This document shows, in pieces, positions 47,001 to 57,423 of a stretch of 64,000 nucleotides of DNA. The DNA lies in assembly GCA_963665275.2 (NCBI GenBank), contig CAXXIN010000018.1, forward strand, positions 1 through 64,000, written 5' to 3'. The DNA is from Negativicutes bacterium (lineage in GTDB: Bacteria; Bacillota; Negativicutes; UBA1444). The position numbers and the translations under genes are program-made. Below the pieces are notes generated by a model. The model worked only from the letters and a program-made list of their open reading frames with translations, ran no database searches and was not told the origin of the DNA. How positions within the stretch are numbered: position 1 is the stretch's first letter; each line of letters begins with the position of its first letter.

Positions 47001-47585
47001 CTATTTGTTGACGAGTGCGTTATAGAAAAAATCTACTAATGCCTCAGTGTAGAAACCTTGTTGCTCTTTTTTCATATCAAACTGAATCGTTCGCATATAG
47101 CTGAAGGCCTGAAACAGTCTGAGCCCGATATAGGCAGTAACCTGATCGTCAACGTCTGCCCGGATTCGTCCGTGCTCTTTTCCTTCAGCAATGATTCCGG
47201 CAATGATTTTGATTAGTTGTTCAGTGATCAAAAGGTGCGATTGACATTTCATCATGGTGGAGAATAAAGCCTCGTCATTATTTAACAAGCGAGTCAAAAA
47301 GATATCTTCACTAAAGTAGGCGATAGCGGTACGTAATAATTGCATCAAACGATCCAGAGGGTCAGGTACTTCTCCCATGCGGGAAAAAATGATTTCCAGA
47401 TCTTTAAGCCCTTCACGTTCTATCAAACAGTCAAAAAGGTTCTGTTTGTCCTTAAAGTTCTCATACAGGGTTCGTTTGGACATTTTGCAGTCCCGGCTGA
47501 TTTCATCCATCGTTGTTTTTTGGTAACCAAAGCGGTCGAAACGACTCTGAGCTCGGTCCAAAATGAAGTTTTTCACATTGTCCAT
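47001..47585 (-). CDS. TetR/AcrR-family regulator
   Basis: F..FGYQKTTMDEIS....SKRTLYENFKDKQNLF HTH. AAGGAG RBS before ATG 47585. Confidence 0.92.
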   Translation of the reverse strand: MDNVKNFILDRAQSRFDRFGYQKTTMDEISRDCKMSKRTLYENFKDKQNLFDCLIEREGLKDLEIIFSRMGEVPDPLDRLMQLLRTAIAYFSEDIFLTRLLNNDEALFSTMMKCQSHLLITEQLIKIIAGIIAEGKEHGRIRADVDDQVTAYIGLRLFQAFSYMRTIQFDMKKEQQGFYTEALVDFFYNALVNK

Positions 47586-47603
47586 GACCTGCTCCTTCCA
47601 AAT

Positions 47604-47660
47604 TGTAATTACATGATTACACTCAAAAACTATTATAGTGTTTTGGTTTTCATTAGGCAA
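47604..47660 (-). promoter_or_regulatory. Sigma-A promoter and candidate TetR operator for the tetR-RND operon
   Basis: TTGCCT (47660-47655), 17 nt, TATAAT (47637-47632). Palindrome TGTAAT-N6-ATTACA at 47604-47621 just downstream. Confidence 0.6.
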
Positions 47661-47688
47661 TAGAATATGGAAAGTGATGGAGCGGTAT

Positions 47689-47729
47689 AAAAAAGAACCT
47701 TGCTTCGGCCTACGGAAGCAAAGTTCTTT
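47689..47729. terminator. Intrinsic terminator
   Basis: aaaaagaaccttgcttc..gaagcaaagttcttt. Confidence 0.7.
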
Positions 47730-47769
47730 CAACGTTAGTGACAAAAATTAGTGTGGCCTTGGGTGTTGT

Positions 47770-47910
47770 CTATCGGTACGAAAAATAGATCCGGGCAATC
47801 GCGTGCGCCGTGTCATTGACTTGGTCATACCTAACAGTTTGCGGAGCTTGAATGTACTCGCTGACTCGTTCCAGAAAGCCGCCGACCTTGAGATAGTGTG
47901 TGCATTTCAT
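47770..47910 (-). CDS. 46-aa ORF with strong expression signals (small protein or gene remnant)
   Basis: TTGACA-16-TATAAT promoter, AAGGAGG RBS, ATG 47910. No recognisable domain. Confidence 0.4.
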   Translation of the reverse strand: MKCTHYLKVGGFLERVSEYIQAPQTVRYDQVNDTAHAIARIYFSYR

Positions 47911-47945
47911 AATAAAAAGCCTCCTTATTGTTTGTATCGATATAA

Positions 47946-47957
47946 TTTGCATACAAA
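47946..47957. promoter_or_regulatory. Candidate MarR operator (copy 1)
   Basis: TTTGCATACAAA; its reverse complement recurs at 48610-48621. Confidence 0.6.
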
Positions 47958-48141
47958 CTATTTGCATAGTTGAATTATAATTGATATAATACAGTTGTCA
48001 AGAGGTACTAAAAACATCACTCTCGAAAAATTATTTCAGACGTAGCCTTTGCAGTTGCAATCTATGTAGATAATTAGATAGAATAGCTACGATAGAGAAT
48101 ATAAGTTGGATAAGTAGTAATTTGTGAAAGCAGGACGAATT

Positions 48142-48567
48142 ATGTTGGAGATTTTCGATAGCGTATGTATTTTGCTGGCAAAGGCAGAACAGAAACATTT
48201 TCAGTTTACCAAGAGGATGCTTGATGAAAAAGGTCTGGGGATCACGCCGGGCCAACTGATCGTATTGTACACTTTATATAAAAAGGATGGGGTGTCCATC
48301 ACAGATTTGGGCAAACGGAGCTTTTTGGATAATTCAACTCTAACTGGATTAATCGACCGCCTCGAGCGCCTCCAATTGCTTTCCCGTGTTGATGTACCAG
48401 GGGATCGCAGGTCGTTTTCCATCTATCTGACGCCAGCGGCGCTGCTGATTCGTGATGACGTCACAGAAATTATGAATGCAGTCGCGAAAACCATGTTGTC
48501 CGGGTGTAGCGCGGCAGAAGTGAAAACTTTTCAGAAAGTACTCCATAATATCTTCAACAAATTATGA
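48142..48567 (+). CDS. MarR-family regulator
   Basis: GITPGQ..VL, LDNSTLTGLIDRLE and DRRS..IYLT winged HTH. Confidence 0.93.
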   Translation: MLEIFDSVCILLAKAEQKHFQFTKRMLDEKGLGITPGQLIVLYTLYKKDGVSITDLGKRSFLDNSTLTGLIDRLERLQLLSRVDVPGDRRSFSIYLTPAALLIRDDVTEIMNAVAKTMLSGCSAAEVKTFQKVLHNIFNKL

Positions 48568-48609
48568 CGCTGTGACAAGAGTTCCTCGTCACTTTTTTTA
48601 CAGATAAAC

Positions 48610-48621
48610 TTTGTATGCAAA
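48610..48621. promoter_or_regulatory. Candidate MarR operator (copy 2) upstream of acyl-CoA dehydrogenase
   Basis: TTTGTATGCAAA. Confidence 0.6.
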
Positions 48622-48774
48622 AAGACTCAATACAAAAATACAACATGCGGTATTTATGTTATCGGACCATATTCTTGGGCGAATCAATTTTGAGTTTTGC
48701 ACTTGCTGCGTCCCTGAATTCTTGAAAGGGGATAAAACAGGTGGTTAACGAAATAAAAAAATGGAGGGAAAATC

Positions 48775-49914
48775 ATGGATTTTGTAATGACGACTGAACA
48801 GGAAAGTATTCGCAAGGTGGTCCGGGACTTTGCCGAAAAATCAGTGGCGCCAACTGCTGCGGAAAGAGACGAGAAGGAATTGTTTCCTCGCGACATTTTC
48901 GATGCTATGGGTGAATTGGGATTCCTGGGGTTGCCCTATCCGGAGGAATACGGCGGAGCCGGCAGTGATTTCGTCAGTTACGCGATCGCAGTGGAAGAAA
49001 TTTCGCGCGTCTGTGGTTCAACCGGCATTGGACTGTCAGTGCACACGTCCCTCTGTTCCTGGCCAATTTTCAAATATGGCACTGAAGAACAAAAACAAAA
49101 ATTTCTCCGACCACTGGCCGAAGGGACAAAACTAGGTGCGTTCGGTCTCACTGAACCCAATGCAGGAACTGATGTCGCCAATGCTGCCACGTCAGCGGTA
49201 CGAGATGGAAATGAATATGTTTTGAATGGAACCAAAGTATTCAATACTAATGGCGGCGAAGCGGAAATCGAAGTGATATTTGCTGCTACAGACAAATCCG
49301 CCGGCATGAAAGGCATGAGCGCTTTCATTGTTGAAAAGGGAACGCCGGGACTGACATTTGGCAAGAAAGAAATCAAAATGGGCATCCGTTCTTCGGTTCA
49401 ACGTGAAGTGATCATGGAAAACTGTCGGATTCCGGCGGAAAATCTGTTGGGAAAAGAAGGCGAAGGATTCAAAATCGCCATGACCACGCTAGATGGTGGA
49501 CGTATCGGAGTGGCGGCTCAATCGGTTGGAATTGCACAAGGGGCACTGGATGAGGCAATCAAATATGCGAAGGCACGGGTTCAATTTGGCAAGCCGATTG
49601 CTGCCAATCAAGCCATCAGTTTCATGCTGGCAGAAATGGCGACCAAGATTGAAGCCGCAAGATTGCTGACTTATAAGGCAGCGTTTCACAAATCGCATCA
49701 TCTTCCGTATTCTAAGGAAGCGGCTATGGCCAAAATGTTTGCGTCCGATACTGCCATGCAGGTTACCACAGACGCGGTTCAAATCTTTGGCGGTTATGGC
49801 TTCAGCCGTGAATATCCGGTGGAGCGAATGATGCGGGATGCTAAAATCACCCAGATTTACGAAGGTACGAACCAGGCCCAAAGAATGGTCATTGCCGGGA
49901 ATATTCTGCGGTAG
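48775..49914 (+). CDS. Acyl-CoA dehydrogenase (butyryl-CoA dehydrogenase-like)
   Basis: [39 protein letters not shown] and IYEGT. Confidence 0.95.
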   Translation: MDFVMTTEQESIRKVVRDFAEKSVAPTAAERDEKELFPRDIFDAMGELGFLGLPYPEEYGGAGSDFVSYAIAVEEISRVCGSTGIGLSVHTSLCSWPIFKYGTEEQKQKFLRPLAEGTKLGAFGLTEPNAGTDVANAATSAVRDGNEYVLNGTKVFNTNGGEAEIEVIFAATDKSAGMKGMSAFIVEKGTPGLTFGKKEIKMGIRSSVQREVIMENCRIPAENLLGKEGEGFKIAMTTLDGGRIGVAAQSVGIAQGALDEAIKYAKARVQFGKPIAANQAISFMLAEMATKIEAARLLTYKAAFHKSHHLPYSKEAAMAKMFASDTAMQVTTDAVQIFGGYGFSREYPVERMMRDAKITQIYEGTNQAQRMVIAGNILR

Positions 49915-50082
49915 GCAAATAGTTGAAGCGACCTATAGACCTGAATGCGAGGTTTTGGTAATATAAATATACTTACCAACAGCGCCTAGTGCGTGGCAAT
50001 GGAGCCGGTGGGATTAAATTCCTGCCGGCTTCGTTACGCGAGTGAACCTAATTGATTGGGTAATGGGGAAAGGACTGAACCG

Positions 50083-50949
50083 ATGAGCAAGTATCTGGGA
50101 CCGATATATCTGACGCTGGCTGCGAGTATATGGGGCGGGGTTTATGTGGTCAGCAAGGTTGTGCTGGAAGTTCTGCCAGCCTTGGAACTGGTCTGGATTC
50201 GATACTTGATTGCGCTGGTTGCATTGGCTGGGTTTGGCTGGTGGAAGGGCGAATCGTGGGACATACCGCGCAAATCACTTCCTGTGGTTGCCTTGATTGG
50301 TTTTGTCGGATATTACATTTCGATTTGGGCACAATTTGCCGGCACACATTTGTCGTCAGCCCAGATGGGATCGGTTATTACTGCGGCAACTCCAGCCTTT
50401 ATGGTTATTTTCGCCCGCATTTTGCTGAACGAGCCCGTGACCTTAAAAAAAGCCATTTCACTTTGTTTGGCTACAGCTGGAGTCCTCTGTATTGTCGGAA
50501 CTGCAGATTTTGGGGATGCTTCTAGGCTAGGTGGGATCATTTTGGCTGGAGCAGCCGTTTCCTGGGCTCTGATGTCAGTGCTCGTAAAGAAAATCCCACC
50601 CGGTACATCTTTGGTTGCAGTTACAACGTATGCGATCCTGTTGGCAACCATTGTGATAACACCCATGGCAGTTTCAGAGATGCGGACTGCACAACTTTCT
50701 ATCTTCACTCAACCTATTATTCTTGGCGGCATCTTTTATATGGGGACGATATCAACGGCTGGCGCGTTCTATTTTTGGAACAAGGGGCTACAATTGATGG
50801 ATGCGGGGAACGGGGGGCTGTATTTTTTCTTTCAGCCGCTGGTTGGGAGTTTGTTGGGCTGGTTGCTACTAGGTGAACAGGTCGGCTTTCCTTTTTGGAT
50901 TGGGAGCGCCTTAATTTTCAGCGGAGTGTTGCTTGTGATTCGTGAATAA
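50083..50949 (+). CDS. DMT/EamA-family transporter
   Basis: LAASIWGG..VVSK, two EamA repeats, 10 TM. Confidence 0.92.
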   Translation: MSKYLGPIYLTLAASIWGGVYVVSKVVLEVLPALELVWIRYLIALVALAGFGWWKGESWDIPRKSLPVVALIGFVGYYISIWAQFAGTHLSSAQMGSVITAATPAFMVIFARILLNEPVTLKKAISLCLATAGVLCIVGTADFGDASRLGGIILAGAAVSWALMSVLVKKIPPGTSLVAVTTYAILLATIVITPMAVSEMRTAQLSIFTQPIILGGIFYMGTISTAGAFYFWNKGLQLMDAGNGGLYFFFQPLVGSLLGWLLLGEQVGFPFWIGSALIFSGVLLVIRE

Positions 50950-50998
50950 TTGCAATGAGTACAGTTGAAGGTTGTTATCAATAGTGAATGGATGTGTA

Positions 50999-51052
50999 GA
51001 ATTTGCAAAAAGAACCCGCGCCGTTAAAGGTGCGGGTTCTTTTTGCAAATTC
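50999..51052. terminator. Bidirectional terminator with 21-bp perfect stem
   Basis: gaatttgcaaaaagaacccgc...gcgggttctttttgcaaattc. Confidence 0.88.
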
Positions 51053-51113
51053 GAGTGAATGAATATACTTGAATTAAAAACCGGTATGCCTTTGAGCGAA
51101 ATATTAATGTAAA

Positions 51114-51188
51114 TGAGAAATAGTTTCAAAATACATTGACATAACAACTAATTTAGCTTACCATGGTTACAAATGAATAATATTATCA
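51114..51188 (+). promoter_or_regulatory. feo promoter flanked by two Fur-box-like sites
   Basis: TGAGAAATAGTTTCA (51114) and TGAATAATATTATCA (51174), compared with the 7-1-7 consensus TGATAATnATTATCA. Promoter TTGACA (51136), 17 nt, TACCAT (51159). Confidence 0.75.
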
Positions 51189-51215
51189 ATAACGGAAAGG
51201 GACGGAGGGTATAAA

Positions 51216-51461
51216 ATGAAGAAAACGCTGGACGCTCTGCTTGCTGGTGATACGGGGGTAATCAACCGGGTGATTGGAACCGGGCCTGTGAAAAGGCGGA
51301 TTGTGGATATGGGATTGGTGGCTGGAACTGTTGTGACGGTTCAGAAGTTCGCGCCGCTGGGTGATCCAATGGAAATTAAGGCGAAACATTTCAATCTGTC
51401 GTTACGGAAATCGGAAGCGGCAATGATCGAAGTAGAATGGACAGGGGGGACCCAATCATGA
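51216..51461 (+). CDS. feoA: Ferrous iron transport protein A
   Basis: RRIVDMGL, APLGDPMEI and LSLRKSEA. Confidence 0.95.
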   Translation: MKKTLDALLAGDTGVINRVIGTGPVKRRIVDMGLVAGTVVTVQKFAPLGDPMEIKAKHFNLSLRKSEAAMIEVEWTGGTQS

Positions 51462-53587
51462 CGGCAGGATGCGTAACCGTTGCGTTGGCAGGAAATCCAA
51501 ACTCCGGCAAGACGACGATTTTTAATAATATAACAGGTGCGAGACAACATGTAGGAAATTATGCGGGAGTTACGGTGGAACGCAGGGAAGGATATCGGCG
51601 GTTTCAAGGCAAAGACCTGATGGTGATTGATCTGCCGGGGACCTACAGTTTGACTGCCAATTCTCTGGATGAAGTCGTAGCGCGTAATGTGATTATCGAT
51701 GAAAAACCAGATTTAATTGTCAATGTTTTGGATGCCTCCAACCTAGAACGAAATTTATATCTGGCGGTACAACTGCTGGAATTGGAGCGTCCCGTTGTGT
51801 TGGCGCTTAACATGAAGGATGTTGCGGAGCAGGCCGGCGTCAAGTTGGACGAAGCGGCATTGCAAAAGAAGTTCGGCATCCCAGTGGTAGGGTTGGTCGG
51901 AAATCGGAACCAGGGCACAGATGAACTGTTGCAGGCAGTCATTGATTTAGTGCCGAATCTATCACATAAGCCCTTCTCAATTGACTACGGACCGAAGATT
52001 GAATCGGCCCTTACGAAGGTGATAGAAGCGCTGGAAACACTTACTGATATCAAGTACCCGAGGCGCTGGCTGGCAATCAAACTGATGGAAAAGGACAGCG
52101 ATGTTCAGGACGCTTTGGCCCAAATCAAAGGTGGGTCTGCAGTCTTGGCGATCGTCGAGGCGGCGCGCACCATCTTGATGACTGATGTTGGTGAAGAACT
52201 AGAAATTGCAATGGCTGAGAGACGATATCAATTCGTAGATGAAATTTATCGCGAATTCGTTGACTCAAAGGCACAAAGCGAACAAAGCCCTTCGGACCGA
52301 ATTGACCGTATTTTGACGCACCGAATTTTTGGAATACCCTTGTTTTTTGGCATCATGTGGGTTTTATTCAATGTTGTGTTCACGGTTGGTGAGATTCCCA
52401 AAGGCTGGCTTGAAGAAGGGGTAAAATGGTTCAGTAGCACTTTGTCTGCTAATATGGCTGATGGCGAATTGCGGTCTCTATTGGTTGATGGAGTAGTCGG
52501 AGGGGTAGGAAGCGTAATAACGTTCCTGCCTAGCATTTTGCTACTGTTCTTGGGAATTTCTTTGTTGGAAGATACCGGTTATATGGCTCGCGCTGCCTTC
52601 GTAATGGATCGAGTGATGCGGGCGGTAGGGTTGCATGGAAAGTCATTCATCCCTTTACTTCTTGGCTTTGGTTGCAGCGTACCGGCGATTATGGGTACCC
52701 GGACGCTGGAAAATCGGGGCGACAGGATGGTGACGATTCTGGTGTCTCCTCTGATGAGCTGCAGCGCTCGCTTGCCTGTCTATACATTGCTGATTGCAGC
52801 CTTCTTTCCCGAAAGTATGGCCGGAAGCGTACTGTTTTCGATTTATTTTCTGGGGATTGCCTTGGCCATTGGAATGGCGCTAGTATTTCGCAAGTGGCTG
52901 TTCCCTGGAACAACGGAAGCTTTCATCATGGAGATGCCTCCCTATCATATGCCGACAATGCGCAGCATCATGATTCACATGTGGGAACGAAGTGTTCTAT
53001 ATTTGAAAAAAGCCGGTACTTTGATATTGACGGCTTCCATCTTGATCTGGTTTATGACGAACTATCCTGTCAATGTGGAATACAGTAAAGACTTTGATGC
53101 GGCCAAGGAAGCAGTAACTGCGGAGTTTGATGTAATTGCTGCGGCTCCAATGCTTGCTCAATTGGATCAGGAACAAGCTTCGGAAAAACTCGCGCTTAGC
53201 TATGCCGGCCAATTTGGGCATTTTGTCGAACCGGCGATTAAGCCACTCGGATTCGATTGGAAAATGGGAGTGGGCTTGGTTTCCGCAGTAGCCGCAAAGG
53301 AGGTTTTGGTCAGTACGTTGGCGACTATTTACAGTGTGGCTGATACAGAGGGCGATTCCCAATCACTGCAAGAGGCGCTTGCGGCGGATCCAACATTCAA
53401 TCCCTTGGTGGCGGTGAGCCTGATGGTGTTTACACTTCTTTACTCACCGTGTCTGGCTGTACTGGCAGTGATTCGCAGGGAAACGAATTCGTGGAAATGG
53501 CCGGCATTCAGTTTTGCCTATTCGACGGGGTTGGCTTGGATTATGGCGTTTCTGGTTTACCAGGGAGGAACGGCACTAGGATTCTAG
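51458..53587 (+). CDS. feoB: Ferrous iron transport protein B
   Basis: GNPNSGKT, VGNYAGVT, DLPGTY, LEDTGYMAR, GFGCSVP and SCSAR. Confidence 0.96.
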   Translation: MTAGCVTVALAGNPNSGKTTIFNNITGARQHVGNYAGVTVERREGYRRFQGKDLMVIDLPGTYSLTANSLDEVVARNVIIDEKPDLIVNVLDASNLERNLYLAVQLLELERPVVLALNMKDVAEQAGVKLDEAALQKKFGIPVVGLVGNRNQGTDELLQAVIDLVPNLSHKPFSIDYGPKIESALTKVIEALETLTDIKYPRRWLAIKLMEKDSDVQDALAQIKGGSAVLAIVEAARTILMTDVGEELEIAMAERRYQFVDEIYREFVDSKAQSEQSPSDRIDRILTHRIFGIPLFFGIMWVLFNVVFTVGEIPKGWLEEGVKWFSSTLSANMADGELRSLLVDGVVGGVGSVITFLPSILLLFLGISLLEDTGYMARAAFVMDRVMRAVGLHGKSFIPLLLGFGCSVPAIMGTRTLENRGDRMVTILVSPLMSCSARLPVYTLLIAAFFPESMAGSVLFSIYFLGIALAIGMALVFRKWLFPGTTEAFIMEMPPYHMPTMRSIMIHMWERSVLYLKKAGTLILTASILIWFMTNYPVNVEYSKDFDAAKEAVTAEFDVIAAAPMLAQLDQEQASEKLALSYAGQFGHFVEPAIKPLGFDWKMGVGLVSAVAAKEVLVSTLATIYSVADTEGDSQSLQEALAADPTFNPLVAVSLMVFTLLYSPCLAVLAVIRRETNSWKWPAFSFAYSTGLAWIMAFLVYQGGTALGF

Positions 53588-53777
53588 ATATAAAAATTGC
53601 GGGCATGGTTACGTATAATATTATTGCACAAAAGGGTTTATTGGGCATTTGTCGACGACCTGTCCATAGCGGCGATCAGGTGGAGGATTTTGGCGAAATG
53701 ATTGTAATGATTATTATGAAGACAGTGCTTAGCGGCAGGTGTTTTTGATCCGAAAATAAGGTATAATAAGCCAACAA

Positions 53778-53852
53778 GGCAATGAAGATTGCCATAGGTA
53801 CAGAGAAGTATCAATTGACCGTGTAAATGCGGTAATTGGTACTTTTTTGTAC
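53778..53852 (+). promoter_or_regulatory. Leader attenuator (terminator with overlapping hexaloop hairpin, ANTAR-like)
   Basis: TATAAT at 53762; ggc-AATGAA-gat and gtac-AGAGAA-gtat; terminator stem aagtatcaatt/aattggtactt plus T-tract before the RBS. Confidence 0.5.
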
Positions 53853-53872
53853 ATAAAGCGAGGAGTGGAGCA

Positions 53873-54307
53873 ATGATGATGGCTATCACGCGCAATGAGA
53901 CTTATTTGGAACTGTATCGCAACGATTACCAGTCGGCACAGGGATACCATCGTCGAGCAGAAAAGTTTGCACAGACAGGACATCCGGCCAATTTGGTGTT
54001 CCATATCGCCACCATGGCTCTCGAACGGTATTTGGTCGCGCTGTGCGATCTATACGGCGTATCGCCGCAAAACCATAATTATGCCTGCTTGATGGAGGCT
54101 GCTGAAACAGTGGTCGACTTCCCCGACGAATTGAATCAGGAAATTCGATCATTGGATGAAATCTTTGGCATTTGTTCGCTTGAAATCAATCCTCACGGCG
54201 ACCCGGAAGCTTCGGATGCGGGCAGGGTGCTGGTCCTATGCGGGGAAGTGCGGAAAATTTTGGACACGACGGGGCAATCGGTTCCAGTGGTCAAACGCCC
54301 GGCATAA
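53873..54307 (+). CDS. Standalone HEPN-like domain protein
   Basis: Helical; FHIATMALERYLVAL..P.NHN...L matches the HEPN pattern F...qA.Ek.LkA...P.tH.l..L. GAGGAG RBS. Confidence 0.65.
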   Translation: MMMAITRNETYLELYRNDYQSAQGYHRRAEKFAQTGHPANLVFHIATMALERYLVALCDLYGVSPQNHNYACLMEAAETVVDFPDELNQEIRSLDEIFGICSLEINPHGDPEASDAGRVLVLCGEVRKILDTTGQSVPVVKRPA

Positions 54308-54378
54308 TGAGTCGAAGGTAACACTTTTGAACGCTTGCACCGCGAACAACACGGGTGGGAAAACGGGAGGACGTTATA

Positions 54379-56085
54379 GTGAATAGTAAATCTTTGCGTA
54401 CCAAGATTCTGTTGGCATTTCTGTTAGTATGCTTGGTATTCGTTTCTGGTTCGGTGGTGATATATTACCAGGTTGGTATTGCGCGGGATGCGATGGAGGA
54501 CTCTTCAGTACGGGCTGCGGATATGGAAACAGTTATGACTCTGAAGTCCCTGATCGGGGTTATGTATGGCTATCAGGCGGATTTGATTATTAATGGCAGT
54601 ATGGATTCGATTAAAGAGTATAAGGAGAAAATCGCACTTTTTAGCGGCCTCGTTGCGAAGGTGACCAAGTCGGCTGACACGGAGGAAGAGAAAAATGTCG
54701 CAGCCAAGATGGGCAAGGCGGCAACCGAGTTTTTGGCAAGTTTCGAAAAAATTTCGGGCGTATTCAATCGCCGCGGCGTGATGACGTCGGAACAATTGAC
54801 GTTGGAAATGAAGCAAGTCGACGCAGAGACCGACATCCCCAAAGAAATACTCTACAAATCACTTGATTTTATGGAGGCATCTTTGGCGAAGGAAGCCGGA
54901 CACTCGGCTATTGAGGGAAAAACCGCATTGAACAAGGTCGTTGCCGCATCCGTGACGATTCCACTTGTTGCCGCCGTATTGGCGATCGGTATCGCTTTCG
55001 TTATGGCTCGGCGCATTACGAAGCCCATCCAGGCAATGGCCGGCGTAACACGGGTTGTGGCCAATGGTGATTTAAGCGTAAGGCTGGAGGTAACTTCCCA
55101 AGACGAGATTGGTATCTTGCAAACCAATTTTGTTACGATGATCAATAATTTACGCGGCCTTGTACAAGGGTCGGCGAAAATCAGCCAACAACTTGCCGCC
55201 TCCTCCGAAGAACTGACAGCTGGCGCGCATCAGTCAGCTGATGCTTCCGGCAATATCGCCGAATCCATCGCGACGGTGGCTCGCGGCAGTCAGCAGCAGG
55301 TGGCTGCGGTTAACGAAGCTGCGGCTATCGTGCAGGAAATTGCCGCAACGATGGAGGAAGTGTCAGCTACAGCCGGCGAGATGGCCGTGATGTCCGAACA
55401 GACAGCCAAAGCGGCGATTGCCGGAAAGGCATCCGTGGACAGGGCTGTTTCGCAGATGGGCGAAGTCAGTGTGGGGGCGAAACAGGCGCAGGTGGCTGCG
55501 GAAGAGCTCAAGGCGAGTTCGACGCAGATCGGTGAAATCGTGGGTCTGATCTCGAGCATCGCCGGACAGACGAATTTACTGGCTCTGAATGCAGCGATCG
55601 AAGCGGCGCGGGCCGGTGAACAGGGCCGCGGGTTCGCGGTCGTGGCCGAAGAGGTGCGCAAACTGGCCGAGCAGTCGGAAGCGGCGGCGCATGAAATCAA
55701 AACTCTTGTCGGCGGCAACCACACCAGTATTGGCAATGTAGTCGGCGCCATCGATGTCGCCATCGGCAAAATATCACAGGGCGTGGAGCTGGTCAATGTG
55801 GCGGGGACAAACTTCGGGGAGATCAACGGACAAATTGGTCAAATGACGGATCAAGTCCACATTATCGCGAAGGCGGTCAACGAAGCGGCTGCCGACAGTC
55901 AGCGCATCGTCAGCTCCATCAGGGGTGTCGGGAACCTGAGCCGTGATGCGGCGGCTGAATCACAGAACGTGTCGGCGGCCACCGAAGAACAATCCGCATC
56001 CATGGAAGAAATCGCCGCTTCCAGCCAGGCGCTGGCCAAATTGGCCCAGGAACTGCAGGATGCCGTAGCCAAATTCCATATATAA
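54379..56085 (+). CDS. Methyl-accepting chemotaxis protein (4HB-type sensor, HAMP)
   Basis: Two TM, HAMP (GDLS..DEIG) and [38 protein letters not shown]. Confidence 0.95.
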   Translation: MNSKSLRTKILLAFLLVCLVFVSGSVVIYYQVGIARDAMEDSSVRAADMETVMTLKSLIGVMYGYQADLIINGSMDSIKEYKEKIALFSGLVAKVTKSADTEEEKNVAAKMGKAATEFLASFEKISGVFNRRGVMTSEQLTLEMKQVDAETDIPKEILYKSLDFMEASLAKEAGHSAIEGKTALNKVVAASVTIPLVAAVLAIGIAFVMARRITKPIQAMAGVTRVVANGDLSVRLEVTSQDEIGILQTNFVTMINNLRGLVQGSAKISQQLAASSEELTAGAHQSADASGNIAESIATVARGSQQQVAAVNEAAAIVQEIAATMEEVSATAGEMAVMSEQTAKAAIAGKASVDRAVSQMGEVSVGAKQAQVAAEELKASSTQIGEIVGLISSIAGQTNLLALNAAIEAARAGEQGRGFAVVAEEVRKLAEQSEAAAHEIKTLVGGNHTSIGNVVGAIDVAIGKISQGVELVNVAGTNFGEINGQIGQMTDQVHIIAKAVNEAAADSQRIVSSIRGVGNLSRDAAAESQNVSAATEEQSASMEEIAASSQALAKLAQELQDAVAKFHI

Positions 56086-56113
56086 GAGATATTGCAGAAC
56101 GGCAGATATTCAT

Positions 56114-56148
56114 AAGGGGTTTGCGGAAACGCAGATCCCTTGCTTTTG
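56114..56148 (+). terminator. Intrinsic terminator
   Basis: aaggggtttgcg-gaaa-cgcagatcccttgctttt. Confidence 0.7.
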
Positions 56149-56317
56149 CCCAAACAACTAACTCAACATGGTTGGCAGCAATCTAGGATTTTCGTCACAG
56201 CCTTCCCGGTAGTCTCATAGGTCTTTTGGTTCATCTTCAACACATTCCGGGAGCGGCAGGGAAAACGGGGCGAAACTGTGCTATAATCAAAAATGATTAT
56301 GGGGAAAGGGGCAATCC

Positions 56318-57391
56318 ATGTTGCGGTTTCGAGTTTGGGCAGCAATGCTGCTGTTGTTGGGGCTGAGTTTTTTTGCAGTGGCAGTTTCAGCGGCGCCTGC
56401 CGATACTGATGTCAAAATCAGCGGCATTCGATGGAGCCGCACGACGGATGCGATAACCGGGTTGATCAATGTCCGTCTGATACTCGAGACCAGTGGACCG
56501 GTGGAAGTGGACCAGTTCCTTACCAAAGTTCCGAATTGGCGGCTTGTTCTTACGTTAGCCGGCGTGAAGGCTGGCAACCTTGCGGTTCCTCCTTCACCGG
56601 ACGTCGCCGTTGTAACGAAAATGAGCGTGGTCAGTTCAGTAAAGAATTTTACGCATGTTATCATTGATTTCCCCGGGGAATTGAAAAATGACCAGTATAA
56701 GATCAGCACGGTTCCGGCTGATTCGAAAAATAAAAAGCCATTCCAGATTGTCATTGACATGCAGAAAACCGTGAAACCCGGTGAACTGAATTTTCTCCCC
56801 GGCCTGAAGGGCAAGGTAGTCGTAGTTGATCCGGGACATGGCGGTTCGGACCCCGGGGCTATTGGCCCGATGGGGACTCGTGAAAAATTGTTGAATTTGA
56901 ATTTGGCGATGCAGGTCAAAACGGATCTGGAAAAAGCGGGCGCCAAAGTCTTGATGACGCGCGAAACCGATATTGATGTATTCGGTCCCAGGGCAACTGA
57001 CCGCGAGGAGCTGTGGGCCAGGGTGAAGGTCGCCAATTTTTGTCAGGCTGATATTTTCATCAGCATCCACCATAATGCGTCCGCCAATCGAGAGGCCAGA
57101 GGAACTTCGACATATTATTACCAGAAGACAACCCACGACGTGATATTGGCCCAGGATATCCAACGGGAGATGCTGCAGGCGGGTGGGTTGCCCAATGTCG
57201 GGGTGAAGCAGGCCAATTTCTTCGTGGTAAAAAATGCCACGATGCCGGCGGCTCTGCTGGAAGTCGGTTTCATTTCCAACCCGCAGGAAGAACAGCTTCT
57301 GGGGGATGTTTCTTTTCGGCGAAAAATGTCGCAGGCGATCGTAGTCGGGATCAATCAGTTTTTTGACCAAGTGGGAAAACTGGGGGAATAA
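56318..57391 (+). CDS. N-acetylmuramoyl-L-alanine amidase (Amidase_3) with N-terminal AMIN-like domain
   Basis: Signal peptide; VDPGHGG, EK..NL, FISIHHN and LLEVGFISN. Confidence 0.92.
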   Translation: MLRFRVWAAMLLLLGLSFFAVAVSAAPADTDVKISGIRWSRTTDAITGLINVRLILETSGPVEVDQFLTKVPNWRLVLTLAGVKAGNLAVPPSPDVAVVTKMSVVSSVKNFTHVIIDFPGELKNDQYKISTVPADSKNKKPFQIVIDMQKTVKPGELNFLPGLKGKVVVVDPGHGGSDPGAIGPMGTREKLLNLNLAMQVKTDLEKAGAKVLMTRETDIDVFGPRATDREELWARVKVANFCQADIFISIHHNASANREARGTSTYYYQKTTHDVILAQDIQREMLQAGGLPNVGVKQANFFVVKNATMPAALLEVGFISNPQEEQLLGDVSFRRKMSQAIVVGINQFFDQVGKLGE

Positions 57392-57423
57392 TCGTCCACA
57401 ATCCAATATCCTTAGTCAAGCAA

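Noticed and set aside
47730-47772. TAG read-through (pyrrolysine) extending the 46-aa ORF
   Set aside because: Adds only ~19 codons before the next stop and yields no recognisable domain.
49955-50040. TTGGTAA-N11-TTACCAA palindrome and GC-rich hairpin upstream of the DMT gene as a riboswitch
   Set aside because: No recognisable aptamer consensus and no U-tract; may simply end the acyl-CoA dehydrogenase transcript.
53606-53748. Short ORF after feoB as FeoC or a FeoB-associated Cys-rich protein
   Set aside because: No RBS and lacks the Cys-rich pattern.
53873-54307. HEPN gene as a toxin-antitoxin or defence RNase
   Set aside because: No MNT partner and no clear RxxxxH motif; kept only as a standalone HEPN-like protein.
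56163-56260. Minus-strand fragment ..NVLKMNQKTYETTGKAVTKILDCCQPC as the 3' remnant of a deleted gene
   Set aside because: Too short to assign and has no start signals.
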